Made by a program: the position numbers and the translations under genes. From NCBI RefSeq assembly GCF_001447785.1, contig NW_015165245.1, positions 434,795 to 498,794 on the forward strand: a stretch of 64,000 bases of DNA, in the 5' to 3' direction. The stretch is from Gekko japonicus. Lineage: Eukaryota. The stretch's first letter is position 1, and the number at the start of each line of letters is the position of its first letter. Below the pieces are notes generated by a model. That model did no database searches. It saw nothing but the letters and a program-made list of their open reading frames with translations, and was not told the DNA's origin. Below are positions 35,026-47,800 of the stretch, one piece after another.

Positions 35026-35339
35026 AAATGGAAAGATTCAGATCTTACTGATGGATGAGTCTTTGGGGGTATGAGAGCCAGCAACCACACTCTTAATTTA
35101 TGCCCATCTTGGCCTTTAAAATCATGCCATGGAAAGGTATTAAGGGTCTTTGGTTACAATGCCTCTCATTGAGGTTCTTCCTAGTGTTTCAAAGTAAACA
35201 GTTACTAGACCTCTGCTTGTAAAAACTCCATTGACTAAGGATGAAGCAACCAGTTGTAGGCAGTTGTAAGTTGCTATTTCAGTGGAAGGTGATAGAGGAT
35301 CTGGTGATAGAGCAGCTCCAGGGGTTCTTGGATGAGGCA

Positions 35340-35480
35340 ACTACCTTCTGTTTTCAGGGCTGGGTTTGGAAATCAAACAACTTTGAGTGCATTGGACGAT
35401 GATCTTCACTTAGGCAGGGAAAAGTCATCCCTGTTAATACTGTTCCATCTTTCAGTGGCCTTTCATACAGTTGACCATTC
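35340..35480 (+). mobile_element. L2 RT fragment
   Basis: Translates FRAGFGNQTTL..LDDDLHL...LILFHLSVAFHTVDHSI, a degenerate L2 RT motif. Confidence 0.6.
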
Positions 35481-37496
35481 CATCTTTATTTACTGGTTGG
35501 GACAAGCGGGGGGTTGTGAGACTCATGGGGGAATCCCATCCCCCCCTTACCCTCTGAGCCCTGGCGCAGTTTCCTTCCAATCCCAGCCCCCTCCCCCCAT
35601 TGCAGAGCCTCTGCAGCTGCCTCCAGGCCTGGCCACGATGGTGGCAGAGATTAGGAGTTTCTGCGGTGTCAGAGCATCTTCTGGATACTGCTGCGACTGC
35701 AGCTGGGCCCAGAACAGGCATGTGTAGACAGTGGTATTATTTTGGAGAGATTTTTTAAAAAACCTACCAATGTATTTTCTTAGTTTCAGATTTTTCTGCA
35801 AACCAGGGGTTTCCTGTGTGGCTCCAGTCCAAAGATTTAGATATCCACAGATGGGGCCACACTTCACTACTAGCATATACAAGTGGAAACTCAGAAGGAT
35901 TTGTGGGAGGCAGCTCATTCCCCCCTCCTCCACTATTTCATCTTTCTTCCCCTCCCCATTGCCTCTTCCCTTTTCCTATTTCCTTCCTTCTCACCCAAGG
36001 GCCAACCTCCCTTTATCTGCCTCTTTGTCTTAAGCTTTCCCTCCCCCACCCTGGCAAACTCTACTTAGGAAAACTGTGGCCCAATTTGTGTGGAGCTGGT
36101 CACTGGGCAAGGCATACTTGTACGGCAGGATATCCTCAAGAACTTGTCAGGGAGAACCTCACTTTTCCTCCTAGCAACATCCATATCATCTCCCCTTTCC
36201 CTCCCCCATTCTCTCCTTCTCTCCCATTCATCAAACCGTATTTTATCTACTTCTGATCTTCAGCTGTATTTATTATTTATTTACTTCATTTCTACCTCAC
36301 CTTTCTCCACAGTGGGAATCAAAGCAGCTTACTTTATTCTCCTCTCCTCCTTTTTATCCTCACAACAACCCTGTGAAGTAGGTTAGGCTGAAAATCACCC
36401 AGTGAGCTTCCATAGCAAGATGGGGGTTTGAACATGGGTTTCTCAGACCCTACTTTGAAGCTACACCACAATGGCTTTTATAGCCAGGCCTAGGTGAGTC
36501 ATGCAAGCTGGGTGGTATCATCACTCAATGGTTGCTGCTGACCCTGGCCCCAATGAGTCCTCCCTCAAAGGGCCCTAGGGTTGCCATTCCCCAGTTGGGG
36601 GCGAGGGATTCTTGATTTTGTGGGCTCTTGCTTGCCGCTGGCCAGCTGGCCGGGGGAAGACCCCCCCCAAACAGCAATGTTGCCAGACATAAATATGACA
36701 TCACAATGTCACCCTGGGGGGTGACTTTCTGGTTTTTGGGCAAAACTCTATGATTCAAGGCTGATTTTACCATAAGGTTTTGCCCAAAAATCAGAGCACT
36801 GCCCCCAACAGCCCTAACGTCCCAACGTCCCTTCTGCATGATGTAGGCATGTTGCATGACATCACTTCCAATGACGTAGGCACGTCATGTGACAATGCTT
36901 CCAGCTCCCAGAACATCTCCCTCATCCCCCCGCTGGGCCTTCCCCTGCCTTTTACTGACAGACCAAGCTTAGAATGCTGTGGTTACCTAGGAGTGACCAT
37001 TGAGGGCTTCTGTTTCTTAAAATTACACACACTTCCTTTATTATTTTGGGGTTTTTTTAACGGCAGTGTTTTTTGGGTTTTTTAAAGATTTCAGACTCTT
37101 CTGCAAACCTGGAGCAGATTCCAGGTTTGTAGAAAGGTCTGTCTTGTCCAGTCATAGCTCCAGTCACTAAATTTAAGTATCCTCAGATCTGGCTGACTTT
37201 GCTAATAGTATATATAAGTGGGGACCTGATAGAAACTTGTGGGGAGGATGCATCCCTCCCCACTAGCTTCATTCCCTCTTCCTTCTTCTCTAATCATCTT
37301 CCTCCTCTTTCTCATCCCCTCTCCTTATGTCAATCTTCCCCACCTCTCTTTCTCCCTCTCCCATTCTGTTAATTCCCCCCGTCACTTTCTCCTCCTCTCC
37401 TTCTTTGACAATCTCCCCCCTTTTTCTCCCATTTCCTTTCCCTGTCAATCTACCCCCTATATCTTTTGTCCCCCAGCTCTTCTCCATCAATCTATC

Positions 37497-37798
37497 CCAG
37501 TTTGGTGTAGTGGTTAAGTGTGCGGACTCTAATCTGGGAGAACCGGGTTTGATTCCCCACTCCTCCACTTGCACCTGCTGATGTGACCTTGGGTCAGTCA
37601 CAAGCTCTGGCACAGCTGTCCTTGAAAAAGAGCAGTTTGTGTGAGAGTTCTCTCAGCCCCACCCACCTCATAGGGTGTCTGTTGTGGGGAGGGGAAGGGA
37701 AAGGAGTTTGTAAGCCGCTCTGAGACACCTTTGGGTAGTGAAGGGCGGGGTATAAATCCAATCTCTTCTCTTCTTCTTCTTCTTCTTCTTCTTCTTCC
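37497..37798 (+). mobile_element. Squam3-like tRNA-derived SINE with (CTT)n tail
   Basis: ccagtttggtgtagtggttaagtgtgcggactctaatctgggagaaccgggtttgattcccc...gggtataaatccaa(tct)n; near-identical copies at 40247 and 45334. Confidence 0.85.
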
Positions 37799-38718
37799 CC
37801 TTCTGTGTCAACCCCATTTCCTACCCTCTTTCTCCCATTCCTTTATGTCAACCTACCCCCATTTCTTTTGACCCCACCTCTTCTCTGTCAATCTATCCCT
37901 CCCCTTCTCTGTCAACCTACCCTTTATGTCCCCACTTTTTCTCCCTCTATCCTTATATTTCAGCCTACCCCCTCTCCCTTTTGTCCCCATCCCTTCTCTA
38001 TCAATCTACCACTCCCTTCTCTGTCAACCTACCCCCTCTCTAATTCGTTAACCCCCCTTGTCAACATTCCCCCCCCAGCTCTCTTCCGCCCCCTCCTTAC
38101 CTTACCAGCCACAGCAGCTGAAGTATCAGGAAGCTGCTCCAGGCCCAGAGTGGCTCCCTTGTCGCCAAGCCAGACATGGCTCCTGGCCCAGCTGTGTCGC
38201 CGTTGTTTGCAGAAACATCTGTTTGGGGTAAGTGTAGCCCCAATCCACATACTTAGATATCCACAGATGGGGGCCACACTTTAGAAATAGATATATAGAT
38301 GATGATGGTATGAGACTGGTGGAAACTGCTGCCATGTGAAAATATCCCTTGCATCCTTCTTGATTAATTAGGGAGCCTCCGTTTCTTGGATTACTAAACT
38401 CCACACTTTATAAGTCAATTTTCTAGTTCTGTTTCTAGCTATGGTTTCTTAAACAGCTTCCTCTCAAGTCTCTCAGGAGAATTATGTGTTAAACTAGGAA
38501 ACAATACAATAGTGGCCTTTAAGCTCTTTTAATATTGTCACAAACCATGTAGTTCCTATAACATACCGAGTTTACGAATGTGAGTATAAGCCAGTTGGTT
38601 GCTTTCTACAGTTTCAGACTGGATAATTTTTCATAAATGATTCTCAAAGATGTATATAAAGCATGATGTTGCTCCTAATTCTATAAACTGCATGCCTCAT
38701 TTTCATATTGACAGGAAT

Positions 38719-39025
38719 TAGGGTTGCCAAGTCAATTTTTCTTACTGGCGGGGGAGCCTCGCTGGGCTCCGGGAGCTGTCTGTCGATGCGACGCGCGACG
38801 TCGATCACGTTGAGGGCCTGGCCCCGATCATCGGAGGGAAAACCATAGAGTTTTCCCTCTGACGATCGGGGCCATGCCCCCAACGTGATCGACGTGGTTG
38901 TGTCACCTCCGGAGACGCAGCCACACTGTGCTTCGGGGGGCGGAGTCCCCCCGGGGCCCGATTCCGCAGGGGTGGGAATCGGGCCTCCGAAGCGGGGGTT
39001 TACCCGCCCCCACTTGGCAGCCCTA
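38719..39025. mobile_element. Young CpG-rich hAT MITE with an internal ~98-bp hairpin
   Basis: TIR TAGGGTTGCCAAG / CTTGGCAGCCCTA; perfect 8-bp TSD ACAGGAAT at 38711-38718 and 39026-39033. Confidence 0.88.
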
Positions 39026-40246
39026 ACAGGAATCCACACAACACTTAAGTCCTGCCACAATGTCTGCATTGGCTCCAAATCTGCCCTTGGCACTATCTCT
39101 TCACCAGTTTCTCCCTTTCTGCTGCTCCTTCCCAGGCTTCTGTCGTAAGGAATCTTCTATTTCTTCCAGCCACATTACTGCTTCTCCTTCCTAGATCTAG
39201 CTCATGTTCCCTGAAGGTTGTATTGCCTGGAGCTACACAGGGTGGCATTGCTACCACCACTGCCGGATCCTCATTCTCCCTTATTTCTATAATGTAGATT
39301 CAGAGTAGGGCTGAGTAAAGAGTGAGCATAAACTCTTCAGACAACCAGGACCCTGCCCATGTTCTACATACACTTTTCCATGGTGTGAATTCAAAAACAA
39401 AGGAAAGGAGGAGAAGCTGCAATGGCCTTAGCATTGACAGACCAATAAACTGCTTTACTAATCATGGCTTCTAATTATATTCAGGGGACCAGCTTTATAT
39501 AAAGCTTAACTACAGCTCTCATTCCCCTAAACCACCCACCCTTAAATATTTTGCTAAGTCCCTGTTTTTTGCAACACCTTTGTCATTTTGGCCTATACGC
39601 CCCAGAAAGTCTTGAGGTGTTTCCATAATCTCCTCCTTCCTCTAACAGGGACAAAGTTTGGAAACAGGTTGCTACAGACCCTCAGCTTGCTCCTTACTCT
39701 CCTCCTGTTCTCCTTCGGGCTCCATTGTGGCATTTTCCCATGTGCCTAGTATATCAGCCTTGCTGAGGTTCTGTTGCTAGAGGCTCTACCCTCTCCACAG
39801 AAGAAGGATGTTTCTTTGAACACCATATTGAAGGTTTGGGGCAACTAAAAAGTTTTTTTTTTCCCCTCCAGCATTTTAAATGCTAGTTGGTTCCAGCTGT
39901 CTCGCTTCCAATGTTTCTTATTCTATAGAACCATCGTAGTAGAAGACCAAGCTGTGTATTAAAAAAGAAGAAGAAGAAGCTACTCTACTGAACCTATTGG
40001 GACTGTACCTGTTCAGAATGCTGGAGCTGACAGGAAACAGTATGCTCTGATCACCCACATTTAAACTCCTGCCTATGGAAAGCAAGCATTCTAGCAGGAT
40101 TTGTTTTCGCCTAGACCATTCTCTGATGAGCTAGTTTTTTATGTGCTGGAAATTTTGGATAGGATTTTCTATCAGTTGAATTTTTAAAAAGACACTCTCC
40201 CGTCTCTGTACCATGTATTTCCCCCCAAATGTAGATTAGCCTTGGG

Positions 40247-40525
40247 TCAGTTTGGTTTAGCAGTTAAGTGTGTGGACTCTAATCTGGGAGAACCAGGTTT
40301 GATTCCCCACTCCTCCAGTTGCACCTGCTGGATGACCTTGGGCAAGCCGTAGTTCTGGCACAGCTGTTCTTGAAAAAGAGCAGTTTCTATTCAGAGCTCT
40401 CTCAGCCTCACCTACCTCACAGGGTGTGTGTTGTGAGGAGGGGAAGGGAAAGGAGTTTGTAAGCCATTCTGAGACTCCTTTGGGTAGTGAAGGGCAGGGT
40501 ATAAATCCAATCTTTTCTTCTTCCT
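40247..40525 (+). mobile_element. Squam3-like SINE
   Basis: Same head, body and CTT tail as the copy at 37497. Confidence 0.85.
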
Positions 40526-41133
40526 CCTTATAATATTGTTTAATTTCATTTTTTTAGTTTTATGTCCCTTATTGCATTCCCATTCCAGAATATTTCCTAT
40601 TGATTATTCATAACAGATTTTTGTCTCCCATTTCAGTGGACAGGATTTGATCCCAGTTGTTATACATTTCCTTCAGTGCTACCCAACAATGTTTCCATAC
40701 AAGCAATTCTTAGGAGTTAAAAATATGAGGTTGGCTTCATTGACTTCTTTCCATTAAATTCAGCAGAAGCGTCAACAGAAGGATTCTTCCTGTGATGGGG
40801 AAAGCCTCCTCCTGTTGGAAGGAGACCTCAGACTTAATGGAAGGCAGTCACTGGATACACCCCAGAGAATTTTTTTGCTCAGATAACAGGATTGGTTTCA
40901 ATGGGTATCAACTGGTGCACTATGAACACCAAGCCCACCAGCCAATGTAAAATATTTATTCATAATACTGGTTGTAAATAAATTAACCACACCACCAATG
41001 TTTTAAAGAGTGAAACATTTTGTTTTATTTAATATGCAGATGTGTCTCCGTTGCATTCAGTTGCTTGGATTAAAAAATACAATTTAATTTTAAGAATATC
41101 GTTTGGGAGAAAGTTCAGTTTTTCCGTTTCTTC

Positions 41134-41843
41134 CTAATCTGTCTCTACAGGCCTAATTTTCATTCTAGCAACTTTGAGAGAGTAATCTGAGGGTCTGAAG
41201 GGGACCCACACCACACCATTTTCAATCTCATAAGGAATGTTGTTCCTTGGGTCATATTGACCTCCTGAGTAGTAAATTCCATTGAGGTTAGCAGCCTGGC
41301 AATTGTTGTACCACCACCCACCTCCATAGACTTCAGCACAGTTTTCCTCCCACTGATCACTGTCTCTGTCAAAGGTACTGAACTTCATGTTGGTGTGAGT
41401 GGTGTATTCACTGCCTTCTTCCTCTGAGCCTATGATCAGAGCATCTCCAGCTGTGCCCTCATAATCGGAGACACTGAGGCTATAGCCTTCCAGTTCAGAA
41501 CCTATATGCATATAATACTCTGCATAAGCTTCATTGCCCTCCCAGTCCTCTACTTCCACTCGAAGGACAGTGTCCTTCTGGGTCAGTATATGGAGATTTT
41601 CATTGCCCAACCAGAGCTCTCCATTCCCTTTGCCATCCACGCTGCCGAAACCTTTCTTGTAGTCTTCCCAGGTCCGGTTAAAATTCAATGACCCATCAAA
41701 TCTCTGTTGGATCAGAAGCCATCCTCCCAAACTGGTCTCTTGGTCGCAATAAACTGAAATAACCTTAGTGGATCCTGCTGGCTTGATTCTGAAAATGCCA
41801 CTTTGGGCACCAGAAGTGTGTTTTTGATGGATATCCTCACAGT
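41134..41843 (-). CDS. FGA: FGA exon 6 (alphaE C-terminal FReD domain)
   Basis: tttttag|AC TGT GAG GAT ([18 protein letters not shown]...) through ORF 41134..41730, ending KIRPVETD*. Confidence 0.95.
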
Positions 41844-44800
41844 CTAAAAAAAAAAGTTGATCTGGTTGACAGAAGTTTTCAGTTACACTTTATAAAAGGC
41901 TCACAGGAATCCAAACAGTAATAATGCTGAAGGTAACCAGCTACATTTAATTTTCTGCTACACTAAAAAGAAACTTTGGAACTTGTTTTTGTTTCCCCTG
42001 AAATTATTTCTTACATGCACATTTTAATTGCAGATGACACTCTCTATGCAACTGTCTTGCTATCCAATCACTAACAATAAGAAGTAATTTCCCCGCCTTT
42101 CCTAAATGGCAACAAACAGACACATTATTTGTAATTTTTAAACTATGAAATGTAGTGAGGTAATGGTATAACTAGTGTGTCTGTTTGGTTGCAAACGGAA
42201 CTCACTCCTGCTCCCTCAATAGTTATTTTCTGTGATGGATACCTGTCCCGATGTAGCTTTCCCCCAGCTTCTCTCCGCCTGTGCTCAAGCTGCGTGCCCG
42301 AAAATCAGGAGCATCCTCTCCACTTTCATCATGTTGCAAACTATGTGTCTCCTCAAATGGTGAAGAAATTTTTAGTGATTTGGTTTCAAAAGTGGAGCCC
42401 CCTTTGCTGACGCTACTAGTTCTACTGCTGCTGGTTATGACAGTTCTGGAATGTGATGAGGTGCCACTTGTTTTAGAATGGGATTCAGGTAAGAGGTGAA
42501 TCATTCTGAAATCATCATCTTCTCCCTCCTGTAGGTCAGAGATAATGTCAGGTCCTTCAAAATGCTCAACATGGGTCCTGGTGCTTGTTCCGTGGAGTTT
42601 GCTAGTGGCATCTGGGGTGAAAAACTCTTTTACATCTGACAAACGGAGATCAGAGAAGCCACTTCCACCACCAGTAGAGGTCACTTTGATGTTGATGGAG
42701 CCTCCTGTTTCTTCTGGTAGTCCATCCAGAAAACCAGGAGTGACTACCTTGGTGGTATGTGGTTGTCGATCTGAACCTGCTTCTGAGACAACATGCTTGG
42801 TGACTACAGCTGAACCTCCAGATGCTGATCCTGGACCTTCTAATACTGCTTCATACAGACTTAATTTATTAAGTGTTTTTGTGTCTTCTTCAGACAAGAG
42901 AAGACTTTTGTAATGTTCAGGAACAGTAGAGTCTTTCAGCGGTCGTATTTTCAGGACCCTCAAGGGATTACTTTGAAATTCTGGTTGCAAGTTGATGCCA
43001 CTAACTTGAACAAGTTGCTTCCTTATGGTGTCATAGCTCTCTGGGTTCACATTGAAGGCAACACCTCGAGCGCAAGATCCATGGCAGGCACGTACTTTAA
43101 TATCAATATCCACCTGTATAGAAATGGATAGGGGAAAAATTAGGTGACTGCAATTTGATTTCCAAATGTCCTAAAGCAGTTTTCTTCTTAACCACTCTTT
43201 ATTTTGCAATAATCAGACTCTTTATGATGGATTCATTCCACTGACTTCATTGAGGCTACTGAAATAGCTGTAAGAGAGCTGAGGCCACTGTATTCATTGG
43301 AAGGGCATCATGTCCTTTGGGAGCGAGGCAGGATATACATTGCTTTATTTAAAGATATGTGTGCTCTTCAAATAGAAACTAGTTCCACACTGGTTTAACT
43401 GCTCCAGTCGTGGAAATCCTGGATTGCTTCTAAACATGTAGTTTAGCCTGGAATTGTCATGATTCATTTATACTCCATTTTAAAGGAGAATTCAGACAAT
43501 GATGTTGGCAACCTATCACTGACATTCATGAATCAATTGTTTGTTGCTAGTTTCTGTTTGGGAAAATTCATACTGTTTTCTACTTTGCAGACAAAGCTAC
43601 TTATCTTTTTAAAGTTATGCATGCTCATAATAATACAATTACAAATTTATAATAAAAATAAAGTGAAAGTGAGCAAAGGCTTTGCATTCAAAGTGAAAAG
43701 CAGTACAGTACTAAATTTCTGTCCTGAACCCTGTACAAGAACAACTTATTAACAATTGATATCTGAATGTTTGGGCCAGCTGAAAAGAAAATAGAAAGAA
43801 ATTAATTAGGCTGTAAAACAAGGAATAAGGGGGAAACAAAAAGGAGTAGTGGAACCTGTGTTGAATAGGATTTACTTCTAAGTCAACATATTGTAGGAAC
43901 TTTCACACAGGTCACACAGTGTTATATTTTCATAGGGAAATACAGCTCTATTAAGTGCTATGTCCGTTTCAGTTCTGTTTCCAGTGGCTTTCAACAGCAC
44001 AAAACAACATAAAGTGGGGCAGAACTGTAGTTCTAAATGTGTGTGGGGTTTTTTTTTACAAATAATTCTCAGCATCCTGATTAGAGTTATAATTTTCACT
44101 AAATGAAACCATGACAGGAAAATGGGTGCTTAACTAGTATAAACTGGTAAATATAATAATGTTGTAAGCTGTATGATTCTGGAAATATCCCAACAGGGCA
44201 AAGAACTCTTAACTTGTGCTTCATGTCTTCTCGACAGAGTAGCTCATCAACTAGGATGATAAACAACAGCTCCTTCCTCTGTAAATAAATTTTGAAAGTG
44301 ATAATAAAAAACTACACAACCTACCTCTAAACGATTTATCTCTGTAACTTGATTTTGGATGCTGTTTTGAAGTGCTCTAATCCTGGTCATTTGGGTGACA
44401 ACTCTCTGTTTCAGTGTCACGAGTCTCCTCCTCAGATCATCAGATAACTGTCCATAGCTATTGTCTCTATCTAGACCAAAAGAAGGCATTATTGTCACGA
44501 CGGGTTTTCCCTTCACATAACTCTGGCTTGGGAAAGATTTGGGAGTAGTGTTTGAGGAGTACAGAGTTTGGGATGGGGAGGATGCTTAGTGGTGATGCCA
44601 TAGAGTCCATCCTCAAAAGCTGCCATTGCCTCTGGGGGACTTGATCTCTGAAATCTGGGGGCCGGTTGTCACTCTGGGAGACCTTCAGGCCCCACTCTGA
44701 CGTTAGTAAGCCTCATTGTTTAAAGGTGTAACGACCTCAAACCACTAAGTCAGTGTTCGAACATATAAAGGCTCACTGAAACTTTTGTTGAACCTTTTCA

Positions 44801-47800
44801 TTTTTTACTGCAGACAGAGGGAATTTAGTAAACAAATCTCAGTGATAGGCATTGCATTAGATGCACCCAAAGATACACATCCATGTAAGCACAAAGGATT
44901 CCCTGTCTTATTTTCTTCCAGTCCACAAATCCTTCTGCTGCTTCAAAAACCACCCTTTCATATTGTAGCCTTATGGTGTTTATTTTAGACTCCCTTCCTT
45001 CCTTCCTTCCTTCCTTCCTTCCTTCCTTCCTTCCTTCCTTCTGCATTCAAGTTATGTTGCTTCTGGATGGGGGTGCAAAATAAGTGCCCCCAACATGGTG
45101 GCAGCAGCAAATAGCATGATAAAAAGCAGGAACAGCGTCCACAAGCCCCACTCCCATGCTGCTTGTTCTGCTGCTGTCCCCCTCACCCTGCTCCTCATTG
45201 TCACTCCTGTGCATTGTGCAAGCCCCCCACCACCACCTCAACCTGCAAATTCCATTACAATGCCCTTTAAATGCCCCCACCTCAGCTGCACTATAGTACA
45301 GCAATGTGACTTGGTAAAGAAATGAATTTTTTTTTGGTGTAGTGGTTAAGTGTGCAGACTCTAATCTGGGAGAACCAGGTTTTTATTCCCCACTCCTCCA
45401 CTTGCACCTGCTGGATGACCTTGGGCAAGCCGTAGTTCTGGCACAGCTGTTCTTGAAAAAGAGCAGTTTCTGTCAGAGCTCTCTCAGCCCCACCTACCTC
45501 ACAGGGTGTGTGTTGTGGGGAGGGGAAGGGAAGGGAAAGGAAAGGAGTTTGTAAGCCACTGAGACTCCTTTGGGTAGTGAAGGGCAGGGTATAAATCCAA
45601 TCTCTTCTTCTCTTCTTCTTCTTCTTTTGTATTTTGTTTATATCCTGGGCATCTCCCCAGTGGGGACCCAAAGCAACTTACGTCATTCTCGTCTCCTCCA
45701 TTTTAACCTCTTAACAATCCTGTTAGGTAACTTAAGCTGAGAGTGGGTAACTGGCCCAAGGTCAACCCCATCCTAAGCCTTTTAAAGGACTGAAAATCTT
45801 TGGTCAGCCTGCTCCCACCATAGAAGAGGGTCCAGATTAATGCTCCACTCACAGCCACATCTTCACCTTTACTTGAGAGAAAATGATGAGTTATTCCCTG
45901 ATGGGGCTCCTTTCTGCAGAGTCTTTCTGCTGTCCCTGCACTGGAAAATCCCCATATCTTTGTTAGCCTTTATTAGATCTTTGTTTGCTCTGAAGAACAG
46001 CACAAGGAAGCAGTGATAAGCAATGAAATGTGTTGAGTGTCTTTGAAATTAATTTTCAAGTATAGGAGAAAAAGGCGAACATTGCAGCCTTTAAAAAATT
46101 GACATTTTAAAAGGGAAATATTGCAATCGATAATGCAGTCAATATTACCTAAAGAACTGAACAGGTTGAAACACTCTGAATCGAATGTTATTATTAAAGA
46201 AAAACCTAATATCCTAGTACATTCAAGATGTATTCTCAAAGTTCATCATTGTGGTCTTTGAGCAATCCCACATGGGAAGTGCCACCACACCTCCAGTGTC
46301 CAATCCAATATTCAGGATCCTCCATATAGAATCTACAGGCCAAATGGCATTTCCCAGGTGAAACAGAACAGATAATGACCATCACTTACAGGTAAGCACA
46401 ACTCCATTTTATTGTTTTCTAACCTCAGTTCATCAAAATTATATAAATATGGCGATCCCTCTCTCTCTCTCTCTCCCTCCCCCCCCTCACACACAAACAC
46501 ATACCCCAAATCATGCCATGGAACAGTTGTGCATGCATGCTTCCCTCATAACACCAGTGAATAGTCTGGCAGGAGAAGGTGGTGCACAACTGCTGACTCC
46601 GAGTCTGATGTGTGTGCATCCCTTGCCTGGAAGAACAAGTTGAACTCTCTCTGGACAGAATTAGTGGGTATAAGCAAATTAGGAGTGAACCACAAGACTC
46701 TCATCTCCCTTCAAAATCTACGTGTGGATTATTGTTCCCTCAGTCACGGATGGCTGCCTGTCCTTGATTTGTACTCCCTTCACAAGAAACATGTTAAATC
46801 TCCCCTCTTTTTGGACTCAGTGTGTTGGCCAGCACTGAAGAACAGGGCATCACTTATCAGTCTCTAGTTATATGGAACATGATTGTTCACTGAATTGTTT
46901 ACATATGGGGAAGGACTATTGGGGCACTGGAGGAAAGAGGTTTCTTTGTACTGCTGTACAATAATCTGGGACAGGATTGATTAGGAATAAGAGATGAGGT
47001 CTCCCGTAGACAAAGCATTGCACACATTTTCTTTGGTCCTGCTCTGAAATCATATTGAAGAATCATTTAAGGTGAGTTGATCTCAAAGGACAAAGCAAAC
47101 GACTCTTTTTGATTGCTGACTGTTAAGCAATCGGGTCAACACAATTATGGGGATGATACTTACCATACTCATTTACCAGATTTTGGCTCAGAACGTCGAT
47201 GGTGTCCTGCTTTACGATAACAGCTTTCTTGTAGCTGTTTTGGTTTTCTAAGAGCATTTTCCTAAGTTTTTCTATTCTGCTATCAAAGTCATGATCTGTT
47301 TCATCTATTAGCCCTTGCATCCTGCATCCTGAAGGACATTTAGAGCCCTGAAAGAAAGGAAGATTGACGTTTAGATGAAAATTCTGCCAAATCATTTGAT
47401 CAGCCTTGGGTTTTTTTAATACAGCAAATGAAGATTTGACTCAGTATGTTAAAGGCCACATGCAGCTATGGTTGTTTACAGTTCCAGATTGTTATCCTTA
47501 AGTAGTGATAGGAACCTTCAGTGGTTTCCTTGCCAGCTCTGATAGAGCAGCCTTATGTTTCTGTTAACCATTTTCCACTTGATCCCCTCACTGCAGACCC
47601 CCTCTCATAGTGCTCCTGGGGTTCCCAAGTCCCCCAGCAGCCAGCATTATGGGGGCATGTGGGGCTACAATAGGATGGAGAGTGAAATAGGCACACTCCG
47701 TGGACAGAAACCCCTTTTATGTCTAGAAATTTCCAGTGAATCCAAGTAAATGTATCTGATAACTAACCTATGATTATTGTGTGTGTGCGTGCGCGTGCGT

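Noticed and set aside
37497-37570. tRNA gene (also 11028, 40247, 45334)
   Set aside because: The A/B-box heads continue into SINE bodies with simple-repeat tails, and there is no complete cloverleaf.
38644-39148. 149-aa and 87-aa ORFs
   Set aside because: They span a GC-rich palindromic MITE, where stop codons are depleted by composition.
42545-42913. Plus-strand ORFs overlapping FGA exon 5 and other fibrinogen exons
   Set aside because: Antisense shadows of real coding exons.
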